The notes beneath the pieces were generated by a model. The model saw nothing but the letters and a program-made list of their open reading frames with translations, made no database searches and had not been told where the DNA came from. Of a stretch of DNA of 64,000 nucleotides, positions 29,925 to 43,707 are shown piece after piece (the stretch's first letter is position 1; every line of letters starts with the position of its first letter). The stretch comes from an uncultured delta proteobacterium (GTDB lineage Bacteria; Desulfobacterota; Binatia; DP-6). Both the position numbers and the translations under genes were made by a program. Where the stretch lies: the NCBI GenBank assembly GCA_963815115.1, contig CAWFFN010000012.1, positions 800,001 through 864,000 of the forward strand. The letters are read 5' to 3'.

Positions 29925-30854
29925 TCAGAGCCCGGTGCGGAAGATGAGCGAGCTCTCGTTCTGCACGACGGCCTCGTGGTTGCCGAGCGTGAAGACGTCG
30001 CCGGATTTCGTCGAGAACCCGATGAACCCGTTCGATCCGTCCTTCGTCGGTCCGCCGAGGTTGACGTAGGAGACGCCGATGTCCGCGGGGTGGTCCTCGA
30101 AGAACCGGATCGCGACGTCACTGGGCTCGGCCGTGTCGGGCGTCACCAGGTTCGTCCACCGGAGGACCATGACGCGCTGGGGCTTCTGGCCGACCACCTG
30201 GTACTTCACTTCCTTGGTCTCGCCGCACTGGGCGAGCGCGAAGACCGATGCGGCCGGTGCGCTCGCCGGGCTGAGCTGGTTGCACGGCGCGACGGGCTTG
30301 TTGAAGCTGATCCAGCCGTTGGAGGTCACCCAGACCCTGCGATAGCTCTTGCCGTCGAACTTCACGGCGAAGGGCAACGACACCGAGAACGGCTTGCCGT
30401 TCGCCAGGGTCGCGCGGTGGTTGAACGGCTGCTGCGTCCAGAAGGTCGAGAAGAACAGCGGGGTGTGGGAGAACGGCAGGCAGTCACCGACGCCGAGCAG
30501 CGAGCGGTTGACCACCGAGATGTCCTGCCGGAGACCGTCCGGAGGCACCGTGACCGGGACGTCCGTCGTGTCGAGGCAGTTTCCGGTCACCCGCAAGAGC
30601 TGCTCGCCGCTGGGCACCGAGAAGAGAAAGTAGAAGGCGCCGCCCGGGAACGACTCGGTGACATCGACGACCGGGTTGCCGAAGAAGTCGACGACGCCCA
30701 CGGCCTCGACGCGGGCGCCGGACACCGGACTGCCCGAGGGCGCGGCGCTCACGGTGCCGAACACGAAGGTGATCTCGGCCCGCGCCGGCCCTGCAATACC
30801 CATCGCCAGCAGAAGGCCGGCTGCCACCGATCCTGCTCGTGCGTGTCTGAACAT
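29925..30854 (-). CDS. Secreted protein: carboxypeptidase-regulatory-like domain plus NIDO-like domain
   Basis: Signal peptide; 'GTVS...GSPVSGARVEA...G-FYF..VPSG'; 'SLPFAVKFDGKSYRRVWVTSNGWISF'. Confidence 0.7.
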   Translation of the reverse strand: MFRHARAGSVAAGLLLAMGIAGPARAEITFVFGTVSAAPSGSPVSGARVEAVGVVDFFGNPVVDVTESFPGGAFYFLFSVPSGEQLLRVTGNCLDTTDVPVTVPPDGLRQDISVVNRSLLGVGDCLPFSHTPLFFSTFWTQQPFNHRATLANGKPFSVSLPFAVKFDGKSYRRVWVTSNGWISFNKPVAPCNQLSPASAPAASVFALAQCGETKEVKYQVVGQKPQRVMVLRWTNLVTPDTAEPSDVAIRFFEDHPADIGVSYVNLGGPTKDGSNGFIGFSTKSGDVFTLGNHEAVVQNESSLIFRTGL

Positions 30855-31023
30855 GTCAATTTCCCTCCCGTATCCTCGAAAATTTGGGCGGGCGTTGCCC
30901 AGAACGTCGCGACGTCAGGGCGCCCTTGCCGTCGGGTTGGGTGTTCAGGTCCCGGGAACGGTTGTTCTCGGCGGCAGGCGGCGCGCATGCCGAGAAAATC
31001 GGCACGAGCACGACGGGGCATGC

Positions 31024-31512
31024 TCAGCGGGCGCGAGGCGCCAGACGGCGCATGGTGTCCTTCGAGGCGCCGGGGCCGGGGACGGTCCGCAGGTCGCGTC
31101 GCGAGACCGGCCGGCCGTCGGCGTCGGTCAGGCGGAGCCGGGGGATGCGCCGTCCCGTGCGCCGGTCCTGAACGATCACGGGCTCGTGCCCCCTCCCGAA
31201 GACCCACTCGTCGGACCATTCCCGGAGCGTCGTCAGCACGGGCAGCAGTGCCTCACCCTTCTCGGTCAGGCGGTACTCGAACCGCTGGCCCTCGCTGCCC
31301 ACGTCCACGCGCTCGAAGATACCATGATCGACGAGATGCTGGAGCCTCGCGGTGAGGATGTTCTTGGCGATGCCGAGGCTGCTCTCGAAATCGCTGAAGC
31401 GGCGGGCGCCGAAGAAGGCGTCGCGCACGATGAGCAGGGTCCACCAGTCCCCCAGGACCTCGAGGGACTGCCCGATCCCGCAGTTCATGTCGGAGAAGCG
31501 CTTCCGCCCCAT
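31024..31512 (-). CDS. HxlR-family winged-helix transcriptional regulator
   Basis: 'FSDMNCGIGQSLEVLGDWWTLLIVRDAFFG', 'RFSDF', 'EYRLTEKG'. Confidence 0.9.
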   Translation of the reverse strand: MGRKRFSDMNCGIGQSLEVLGDWWTLLIVRDAFFGARRFSDFESSLGIAKNILTARLQHLVDHGIFERVDVGSEGQRFEYRLTEKGEALLPVLTTLREWSDEWVFGRGHEPVIVQDRRTGRRIPRLRLTDADGRPVSRRDLRTVPGPGASKDTMRRLAPRAR

Positions 31513-31535
31513 GGCCGGAGTATAGCCCGGGAGAA

Positions 31536-31556
31536 CTGGTTGCATCAAGCAACCAG
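31536..31556. promoter_or_regulatory. Putative HxlR operator
   Basis: Perfect inverted repeat CTGGTTGC-N5-GCAACCAG in the 64-bp divergent gap. Confidence 0.75.
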
Positions 31557-31576
31557 ATCGGCTACCGACGGCGATC

Positions 31577-33891
<2,315 letters not shown>

Positions 33892-33895
<4 letters not shown>

Positions 33896-34623
33896 GGGGC
33901 GCGGCGATCGTCGGGGCCGGCGACTACATCGGCGCCGCGATCGCGCGCAGGTTCGCCGCCGAGGGCTACACCGTCTTCCTCGGCCGCCGTCACGGCGACA
34001 AGCTGGCGCCCCTCGTCGCCGACATCGAGGGGCGGGGCGGCCGTGCGATCGGCCGCTCCCTCGACGCCCGCAAGGAAGACGACGTCACGGCCTTCCTCCG
34101 CGAGGCCGACGCGGCGGCCCCCCTCGAGGTCTGCATCTTCAACGTCGGCGCGAACGTGAGCTTCCCGCTCCTCGACACCACCGAGCGCGTGTTCCGGAAG
34201 GTGTGGGAGATGGCGTGCTACGGCGGCTTCCTGACGGGTCGCGAGGCGGCGCGGCTCATGCTGGCGCGCGGCCGCGGCAGCCTCTTCTTCACCGGTGCGA
34301 CGGCGAGCCTCCGCGGCGGGCCCGGCTACGCCGCCTTCGCGAGCGCGAAGGCCGGCCTGCGCATGGTGGCGCAGAGCGCCGCGCGGGAGCTCGGGCCGCG
34401 CAACATCCACGTCGCCCACCTCGTCATCGACGCCGGCGTCGACACCGCCTGGGTGCGCGAGCGCATCGCCGAGCGCGTGGGCGCCGACGCGGTGACGCAG
34501 CTGGCGCCGGACACGCTGATGCGGCCGGAGGCGATCGCCGACGCCTACTGGCACCTCCACCAGCAGCCGCGCGACGCGTGGACCTTCGAGCTCGAGATCC
34601 GACCCTTCGCGGAGACCTGGTGA
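33892..34623 (+). CDS. Atypical short-chain dehydrogenase/reductase
   Basis: 'IVGAGDYIGAAIA', 'FTGATASLRG', FASAK in place of YxxxK; GTGA overlap with the upstream stop. Confidence 0.85.
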
Positions 34624-34626
34624 GCG

Positions 34627-35253
34627 ATGGTGCACGCGGAGTTCCACTTCGACTTCGGCAGCCCGAACGCCTACCTCAGCCATCTCGTGCTGCCCGACCT
34701 CGAGCGGCGCACGGGCGTCCGGTTCGAGTACGTGCCGATCCTCCTGGGCGGCATCTTCAAGCTCACGAGCAACCGCTCGCCGGCCGAGAGCCTGGCCGGA
34801 ATCCGCAACAAGCCCGAGTACGAGCGCCTCGAGATGGAGCGCTTCATCCGGCGCCATCACATCACGCGGTTCCGCCAGAACCCGTTCTTCCCCGTGAACA
34901 CCCTGGGGCTCATGCGCGGCGCGATCGCGGCGGGCGAGCTCGGGGTGTTCGAGCGTTATGTCGACGAGGTCTTCCGGCACATGTGGGCGGAGCCGAAGAA
35001 GCTCGACGACCCGGAGGTCCTGCGCGCGGCACTGCTCGAATCGGGTCTGGACGCGGCACGCCTGCTCGAGCTCGCGCAGACGCCGGCGGTCAAGGAGCGG
35101 CTGCTCGCCAACACCCGGCGCTCCGTCGAGCGCGGCAGCTTCGGGTCCCCGACGTTCTTCGTCGGCGACGAGATCTTCTTCGGGAAGGACCGGCTGCGGG
35201 ACGTCGAGGAGGCGATCCAGGCGGCCGCCGGGTCCCGCCCGGACGGCGCCTGA
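34627..35253 (+). CDS. 2-hydroxychromene-2-carboxylate isomerase / kappa-class GST family protein
   Basis: 'FDFGSPNAYL', 'PILLGGIF', 'GSFGSPTFFVG...FFGKDRL'. Confidence 0.88.
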   Translation: MVHAEFHFDFGSPNAYLSHLVLPDLERRTGVRFEYVPILLGGIFKLTSNRSPAESLAGIRNKPEYERLEMERFIRRHHITRFRQNPFFPVNTLGLMRGAIAAGELGVFERYVDEVFRHMWAEPKKLDDPEVLRAALLESGLDAARLLELAQTPAVKERLLANTRRSVERGSFGSPTFFVGDEIFFGKDRLRDVEEAIQAAAGSRPDGA

Positions 35254-35265
35254 GCGGCCGGCGCC

Positions 35266-35985
35266 TCAGAGCCAGCCGCGCAGGAGCGGCTCGTCGTCGT
35301 CCTTGACGATGTGCCGCAGACGCTCGATGCACGGCGCGCGGAGCTGTGCTTTCACCTGCCGGTAGGCGGGGAACGCCGCCAGCCGGCGCGCTTCCCGTAC
35401 CGCCTCGTCGAGCAGCTCCGCCTGGTCGACGATCCGGTCGATGATGCTCGCGATCGGGGGCTCGTCGGGTGCCCCGGTGCGGGTCGTGAGCGTCAGCAGG
35501 CGCGCCGTCTCCGGTGACAGCTCGCTCTGGACGACGGCGAGCGGACCGGCGGGAAACGGGAAGCCCGCCTCCGCCTCCGTGAGCCCGAGCTTGAAGGCGC
35601 CGCGCGCCGCCAGCCGGAGGTCGCAGGCGAGCGCGAGCACCAGACCGCCGCCGAGCGCGTGACCCGAGATGGCCGCGACCACGGGCTTCGGCATCCCGTA
35701 GAGCTGGCACGTCATGCGGTTCACCGAGCGCAGCAGATCCGCATGCTGCAGCCGCGTGTAGGCCGGCACCTCGCGCATGTCGATGCCCGCCGAGAAGACG
35801 CCGGGCACGCCGGTGAGCACGACCGCGGCGCACTCCGGGTCGCCTCTCACGTCCCGCAGGGCCGCCAGGATGTCCGCGACGAGACAGCGGTCGAGCGCGT
35901 TCACCGGCGGGCGGTGCAGCGTGAGGACGTGCACGCCGTCGCGGCGCTCCACCCCGACCAGCTCTCGCTCGCTGGCTCGCGTCAT
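35266..35985 (-). CDS. Enoyl-CoA hydratase/isomerase (crotonase) family protein
   Basis: 'PPVNAL', 'FSAGID', 'PKPVVAAISGHALGGGLVLALACDLR'. Confidence 0.88.
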   Translation of the reverse strand: MTRASERELVGVERRDGVHVLTLHRPPVNALDRCLVADILAALRDVRGDPECAAVVLTGVPGVFSAGIDMREVPAYTRLQHADLLRSVNRMTCQLYGMPKPVVAAISGHALGGGLVLALACDLRLAARGAFKLGLTEAEAGFPFPAGPLAVVQSELSPETARLLTLTTRTGAPDEPPIASIIDRIVDQAELLDEAVREARRLAAFPAYRQVKAQLRAPCIERLRHIVKDDDEPLLRGWL

Positions 35986-36203
35986 GGGCACTCCGGGTCC
36001 CTCCCCATCTCTCCCACGACTCCCCGTCGGTGTCGACCGGTTCAACACGCGAGCCTTCGAGCTCGACGATTCGATCGTCCAGGCATCGTCGCATAGACGA
36101 TGCTCGGATCGCCGGGGCCGGAGCCCGTTTTCGCTTCCGCCGCCCGGGTATTCTCGCGTAGAGTCTCCCGTGCCCCGCATCAGGCGCGGCAGATTGGAAC
36201 GAG

Positions 36204-39200
36204 ATGACTGCTTCCTCCCCGCGCCAGTGGGTCGTCGGCGGGGCCCTGGCGCTCCTCCCCCCTGCTCTGTCTCGCGAGTCCCGGTTTCGCACAGCCGACC
36301 GCCGATCCGTACGTCACGGCGCAGGCGGCGACCCTGGCCCACGACCCGTCCCGGCTCTTCACGTTCGTCCGCGACGAGATCTCCTTCGAGGCCTACGCCG
36401 GCTACCTGCGGGGAGCCCGCGGGGCGCTCTGGACGCGGGGCGCGAACTCGCTCGACCGCGCGGCGCTCCTGGCAGCGCTCCTGCGCGCGTCGGGCGTGAC
36501 CAACGTTCGGTTCGCACACGCCCAGCTGACCAACGACCAGATCGTCCAGCTCGGACGCGCCATGCTGCCGGCGCCGTCACGGGCGTTCGGCTGCCCCACC
36601 GGCTTCCCCTACGACCCCGCCGGCGACGGCGTCCTCTACAACCTCCTGCGCGATCACTACTGGGTTCAGTTCGACGCCGGCGGCGGGTTCGTCGATGCGG
36701 ACACCAGCTTCGCCGGCTTCACCCTCGGGCAGACCGTCGCCACTCCGCTCGACACCTTCACCGACATTCCCGCGACCCTGCGTTCCCGCGTCACGGTGAA
36801 GCTCGACGTCGAGACCTACAGCCAGGCGGGCGCGGCCTTCGCGCTCTCGCCGTTCGGCACCAGCACCGTGCTGACGCGGGCCTTCGACGCGGCCGACCTG
36901 GTGGGCAAGCCCGTGTCGGTGAGCGCGTTCGTGCACGCTTCGGGGGCAGCCAGCATTCCCTTCAGCGCCACCACCTTCACCTACACGCCCTATCTGCTTC
37001 TCGGGCAGGGCGATGGCTCGATCGACGACGACCCGCTCGTCGTCGGCAACGACTTCCAGGACGTCTACACCAACTTCCCGCTCGGATCGCAGCTCGTGAC
37101 CGGCCTCACGCTGTCGCTCGACCTGCAACCCAACGCGTTCAGCGCCGTGCAGCACCTGGAGCGTCGCATCTACGATCGCGTCGGGTTCGTCACCCGCCAG
37201 CAGGGCGGCCCGGTGGACGTCAGCGGCACGCCGGCGCCCGTCGTGACCGACTTCGACGTCACCACGGTGAACGTGCTGCCCGGCCGCATGGCGCTCGAGG
37301 CCTTCGGCCCGCAGCAGGACCGGCTTGGAGCCGTCCAGTCCGCGCTCCAGGCGCTGCAGCCCGGGCTCGGCGGCGTCACCCCCGGCGGTCCGTACACCGC
37401 CGATCAGCTCGTGCTCCTCCGCCAGCTGTCCGAGCGCTCGCGCGCGGTGGACATCGCCAACGCGGAGACGCTCACCATGGGCTACCTGGCGACGACGGAC
37501 GCGGCCGAGGCCCAGCTCGCGCGCGGCTATCTCGTCCGTCCGGTCGTGGACTCGCCTCGCGTGGTCCTCGCCATCAGCTCGAAGCGGGGTGACGATGCCA
37601 CGCTGGAGCTCGACGTCCTGCGCAACGCGCTGCACGTGTTTCCGCTCACCGGCCAGATGCCGAGCGTCACCTCGGCCTTCGAGGTCGCGCGCGGCCTGGA
37701 GGCGTCGTTCCTCGAGGGCGCCGTGATCGGCCGCGTCACGGGGCAGTCGCCCGTCTCCATCCGCGAGGTGTTCCAGGCCGCCGCCGACTCGCCGACCAAC
37801 CAGTTCGCCGTCATCACGGCCGACGACCTGGACGTGCTCGACGGCCTGGCGCTCTCTCCGGAAGCCAAGGCGCGCATCGCCGACGCCGCCGGCGACCGCA
37901 AGGTGATCATCACGCCGACCGAGATGGTGACGGTCGGCGGGCAGACCACCGTCGGCTGGCTCGAGACCGAGGACGGGGGCCGCACGATCAGCGTCTTCGA
38001 GCACGGCGGCCACCAGGCGCTCGTCGGCTACGCCGGATCGCTCGAGTTCTCGGCGGAGTTCAACAAGCCGATCGCGAACTTCATCGGCAAGGTGGCGGCG
38101 TTCGGCCAGGTGGGCCTGGTCTACACCGCTGCGGTGCTCGATGCGGTGGCCGAGGGCGGCGGGTTCGGCGACACGATCAAGGACACCAAGACCTCGATCA
38201 AGGAGCTCGTCGAGAAGGTGAAGCAGGCGAAGGGCTTCTTCGACAAGCTGAAGAAGGCGTACGAGAAGCTGCAGCTCGACACGAAGGGCTTCGGGCTCAT
38301 CGGCGAGCTGGCCAAGGGACTGACCGACGGCTTCGACATGGCCGAGCGCTTCTTCGACTTCACGACGCCGGGTGATCCCCCGGCCTTTCCCTTCCTGGTG
38401 AGTGATCTCACCGCGGGCGATCCGCCGGTGACCCCGGGAGCGCAGCCCGGCGTGGACGTCACGCTCGAGCCCGACCCGTTCTTCACCGTCGACACGGGCG
38501 GCACCCAGGTGCCGAGCGTGTTCCGCGCGCGGGTCCGCAACACGGGTCCGACCGCCGCCAGCTTCGCGCTGACCTTCCCGACGCCGCCCGCCGGCTTCGC
38601 GCTGCGCGCCGCGCTCTCGCCGCTCCCGGTGGGGCCCGGAGAGACCGGCGAGGTGAGCGTCTGCGCCACCCCGAACGGCGGCCTGGCGGCGCCCGGCACT
38701 CCCGCGACCGTCAACCTCCAGGCCGCGGCCGGCGGCGCCCAGGACACGGACTCGTCGGGGTTCGTCGTTCCCGCGGTGGCCGGGGTCGATCTCACGCTGA
38801 GCCCGGCCGAGGTCTCGGTCACGCCGGGAGGGTCCTTCCCGGTGACGCTCGGGCTGCGCTCGCTGGGCAACGTCGCGACGAGCGTGGACCTGACGCTCTC
38901 GGCGCCGGCCGGGGTGACGGTCACGGGACTCTCGTCGCCGGTCGCGCTCGATACGGGAGCGATCGCCTCGCAGGCGCTCGTCGCCGGCGTGGGCGCGGGC
39001 GTGGCAGCCGGCAGCGACCTGGTGGTGACCGCGACGGCGTCGTTCGGGCCGCCGGCCGCGCGCCAGCAGGTGGCGCAGCTTCTCCTCGTCCACGTCGTGA
39101 CGTCCTCCACGCAGTGCGCGGGTGCCGCCGCCGCGGTTGCGAACTCGATCGGCCGCACCGGACTGGGCGACGTGCTCGCCTCCCTCGGCGTCGCGGCCAT

Positions 39201-42200
39201 CGCGCTCGGGGCCGATCCCGCGAGCGCCGGCGCGCGCGCCGGAGTGCTCGCGTATCTCGATCGAGGCCTCCAGCTCCTCGACGGCCCCGCCGCGTTCGCC
39301 CAGGGCCGGAGCGAGCTCCAGGCCGTGCGCACGGCGCTCGCGGCCGCCGACGCGGGCACCGTCCCGGGCGTGCTGGCCAGCCTGAACCTCGCCCTCTGCC
39401 ATCTCCAGGGCGTCTTCGACGGCGCCGACACGCACGCCTTCGCGCTCGTCATCAACCCGAACACCCGCGAGGTCCTGCCGAACTCGCAGACGACCTTCGC
39501 GGTGACGATCGGCAACCAGAGCAACGTGACGCGCACGTTCTCGCTCGGGCTGAGCGGCCTGCCCCCGGGCGTCACCGGGCATCTCAGCCCGACCAGCCTG
39601 ACCCTCAGCCCCTTCTCCTCCAACTTCCCGCCGGTCACGCTCACCATCGATCCGATCGCCGGCGCCCTGGCGCCGTTCGACGTCGTGGTGACCGCAACCG
39701 ACGCGCTCGCGCCGGTTGCGCAGCGTGCCGTGACGGCCTCCGTGACCGTCCGGCCGGAGCTGGTACAGGTGGTGGACGTGAGCCCGACGCCGGGGTTCGC
39801 GGAGCCCGGCAGCAGCGTCTCGGTCCGCGTCCGGCTCTACAACGCGGTGAACCGGGCGCGGAACGTCGACGTGTACGTCGGCTTGCAGAATGCGGCCGGG
39901 CAGGACGCGATCTTCCCGTTCTTCGCCGGCAGGGTGGCGCTCGACCTGTCGGCGAACATCCAGACGCTCGACGTGCCGGTGAACCTGCCGGCGCAGCTCG
40001 CGCGCGGCCCGTATCGCTTCACCGCGCTCCTGCGCGACGGCGACCCCATCCCGGGCGCGACGGGTGCGGGACCGTTCTTCGTGGGATCGCCGCTCGCCGC
40101 GACCGTCACCGTTGCACCGCAGCTGGTCGGTCCGGGCACCTCGACCGTGCAGACCACGCTGGCGATCCAGCGCGACGCGGTGCCCAACCCGACCGCCGAT
40201 CTGCTCGGCGCGGTGCAGACCGAGGGCGGGCGAGCCAAGAGCGTCGCCGTGAACGGCACGTACGCCTACGTGTGCGGCGAGACCGAGGCCAACGTCGTCG
40301 ACGTCAGCAATCCGGAGCAGCCGGTCCTCGTCCGGACGTTCGGGACGTACGATGCGCAGGTGACCGGCAGCTTCTCCGCCGCCACGTGCACGGTGTTCGA
40401 CGGCCATCTCATCATCGGCTTCGGCACCGGCTTCGAGGCGGGGGGGGCGTTCGTGCCGATCCGGGTGGCGGTGTACTCGCTCGCCGACCCCGCGAACCCG
40501 TCGTTCGTCTCGCAGACGGCCTTCGAGCGCCAGATCGGCGGCGGCCCGGCGTTCTTCACCGGCAATGTGGGCTGGATCCCCACCAGCGCATACTTCTACA
40601 ACCCGTTCTCGGGCTTCATCTTCGAGCAGTTCGGCGACCTGTTCGGCGTGGACTTCACGAACGTCGGCAGTCCGACGCTGCGCGGCCGGCTCTTCCCGCC
40701 CCTGCCGACCGAGACCGACCAGGGCCACATCTGGGGCGGTGGCGAGAACATGATCTTCGGCGCGCTGTCCATGCCCGGGAACCGCGCCTACCTCGCCACC
40801 ACCACGTCCGCCGACGGGACGCCCGAGGTGGGGCAGGGGAAGCTGCTGGTGGCCGACCTGTCCGACCCGGACGCGCCCGCGGCCGGCGCGCAGGTCATCG
40901 TGCCGGAGGCGCGCCTGCTCCAGGGGATCGCGGCCGACGGCAGCGGCGTCCTCGTCGCCGGCGACACGCTCGGCTTCTACGACGGCCGTTCCGGACTCGT
41001 CGGCACGCTGGTCCTGAGCCTGCTCGACGCCAGCAACCCGGCCAGTCCCGCGATCAGCCAGACCCTCGTGACCCAGCTCACCGACAAGGACGGGACGACG
41101 GTCGTCGCGCTCGGCGGCGGCCACTTCGCCGTCGGGGGAGCGAAGCGCGGCGATCAGCCGGTGCTCGTCCTCGTCGACGCGTCGAATCCGGCGAGCCTGC
41201 GCTACATCCCGTACGACGTCGGCGCCCCCATCCTGTCGATGCAGCGTGTCGGCAACCTGCTCTACGCGACGAGCAGCCTCGGGCTCGCGATCTACCAGCT
41301 CGACATGATCGACGGCCCGCGGCTCACGGCACGGGTGCAGGTGCCCACGGGGACCGGGGTGTCCCTCGTGCCGGGATCGTTCAGCCTGCCACCGACGGAG
41401 GTGATCCCCGGCGACGGCAGCGACACCTATGTCTGGGACCAGCCGCTCGACGACTCGATCTCCTGGTCGCAGCAGGTCGCGAACGTCGCCGCGGGCGCGA
41501 CGCGCACGGTGGTGACGGGCGGCGAGCTGGACTACACGGTGCCGACGCTCGGCGCGGGATCGCTGCAGCTTCCCGCCGCGTACGTCCAGGGCACCCGGAT
41601 CCTCGGCATCGATCCCCCGACCCGCACGTTCGTCCAGGTCGGGACCCCGGCGACCTACACGGTCAGCGTGAGGAACCCGACCGGCACGCCGGTCGCCTTC
41701 TTCCTCGGCGTCACCGGCGTCCCGCCGGAGTGGGTCTCGCTGGCGCCGTCGGTCGACGTCCCCGCGGGTCAGACGGTGCAGGTCACGCTGACGCTCACCA
41801 GCGACCTTGCCGCGCAGACGTTCCACGACGTGGGCTTCAGCGTCGTCGCGTCGGGCGGCGGCTTCTCGGACCAGGTGTTCGGGACGCTCCAGGTCTGGAA
41901 TCCCCCGGACCTCGGTCCGAACAACGGCGCGCAGGCGTTCGGGTTGTCGCTCGAGACGACCCCGTCCGTGCTCGTCACGGGACGCGGCACCGCGGCGCGC
42001 TTCGTGGCGCGCTTCATCAACGTCGGGAACGTCGCGGACAGCTACACCGCGTCTCCTCAGCTCCCCGGCGGCTGGTCGGCGAGCGCGTTCCCCGCAGGCG
42101 GACTGATCACACTGCCCGGACCGGCCAACGCGCGCGAGGCCGTGATCCAGCTCGTACCGCCGCAGAACGCCGCCCCGGGCGGCTACGACGTACCGATCGG

Positions 42201-43590
42201 CGTCTTCTCGAACGCCGGCAACCTCGGGGCGAAGGGGACGGTGCACGTGACCGTATCGGGCTCCGGAGTGTCGGTGTTCGTCCTGCCGTTCGGCGGCACG
42301 CCGGCGGACCACTACGTCCTCCGCGTCCGCAACACCGGGACCGTCGCCGATACCTTCGCCCTCGCGCTCGCCGGCGTCATGGGTCCGGTGAGCACGCTCG
42401 CGACTCCGACGGTCACCCTGAATCCGGACGAGCAGCGGGACGTTCCGATCACGTTCCTGGGCGTCCCGCCGGTCCCGCCCGGAACGGTCCAGCTCGTCGG
42501 CGGAGCCACGTCGCAGAGCGAGCCGGCGGTGACGGCGAGCGCAGCGGCGTCGGTCACGCTGCCGGCGCTGAAGGGCGTGGCTGCGGCGCTGGTTCCGGCG
42601 GAGCGCGAGCGGTCCGGGCCGGGTTCGGCTGCGTTCGCCTTGCAGGTGCAGAACACCGGCAACGTCGAGGACACCTACGTCGCCACCGTCATGGACACGA
42701 CTGGCGGCCTCGCGGCCACGCTGCGGGATCTCGCCGGGGCCCCGGCGCAGTCGGTGTCGCCGGTGCGGCTGCCCGCGTTCGCCGGCGGCGGCCTCACGCT
42801 CGACTCGACCCTGCCCGCGCTCGGCGAGGGCACGGTGACCGTGGCGATCACCTCGCTCAGCGACGCGACGAAGACCGCGATCGTGACCGCGCGCCTGCGT
42901 GCGGTCGAGGTCACGACGACCACCACGACGACGTCGCCGGCGACCTCGACGACGATCACGACCACGACGACCATCTCGCCCTCCACGAGCGTTCCCATCA
43001 CGGTCTCGACCACGACGCAGGCCGGCGCCACGACCACCACGCAGCCGAACGCCGCCCTGGAGATCTGCGGAAACTGCGAGGACGACGACGGCAATGGCCT
43101 CACCGACTTCGAGGATCCCGCGTGCTGTGGCGAGGGGTCGGCGAGCCTGGCGCTCAAGCGGATACGCATGACGCCGAAGAATGCCGCGACCAGGCTCCTC
43201 CTCGTCGATACGCTCACCGGCGCGGTCGCACCGAGCAGCCAGCATCTCTTCATCCAGCTGCGCGTCGAGGGGGGCGAGGAAGTCCTCTGCGCGCGGATCC
43301 CCGCCGGTGGCTTCACCGGCAAGAAGAAGACCTTCCGCTGGACGGACAAAGGCGGCCTCGTGGCGCGCGCGCTCGGGCTCCAGAAGGTCCAGCTCCGCAT
43401 CGCCAGGAACGGCGCGGTGCGGATGACCGCAGCAGGCAAGGCGGTCCGCATGCAGACGCCCGCGCCGGGTCGCCTGCAGGTGACGATCGGGCTCCAGAAC
43501 GCCACGCCGGTGGACGAGCCGGGGCGTTGTCTGTCGGCCGGGGCGACGTGCAAGGCGAAGGGAAAGAAGGGCGCGCTCAAGTTCCCGTGA
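36204..43590 (+). CDS. Giant secreted multidomain protein (~2460 aa): transglutaminase-like domain, Ig-like repeats, LVIVD propeller, Thr linker, basic C-terminal domain; one-base frameshift at C6 tract 36257-36262
   Basis: The main frame is open from 36208 to 43590 and includes 'FVRDEISFEAYAGYLRGARGALWTRGANSLDRAALLAALLRASG' upstream of the track's GTG at 36496. The ATG at 36204 is in another frame and encodes the first half of a signal peptide. Confidence 0.8.
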
Positions 43591-43707
43591 GCCGGGCGCC
43601 GGGGCTTTTCTCGAAGGGCGAAAGGGCGGTATCAGACGCAGGCCAGACCCTCCCGGTGGCTCCGCAGGGAGTCTGATGGGTTCGAGAATCCAGTAGGGAG
43701 GCCTGCC

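Noticed and set aside
42913-43045. ACC/ACG repeat-rich tract
   Set aside because: Encodes the Thr-rich linker; not a CRISPR array or independent repeat.
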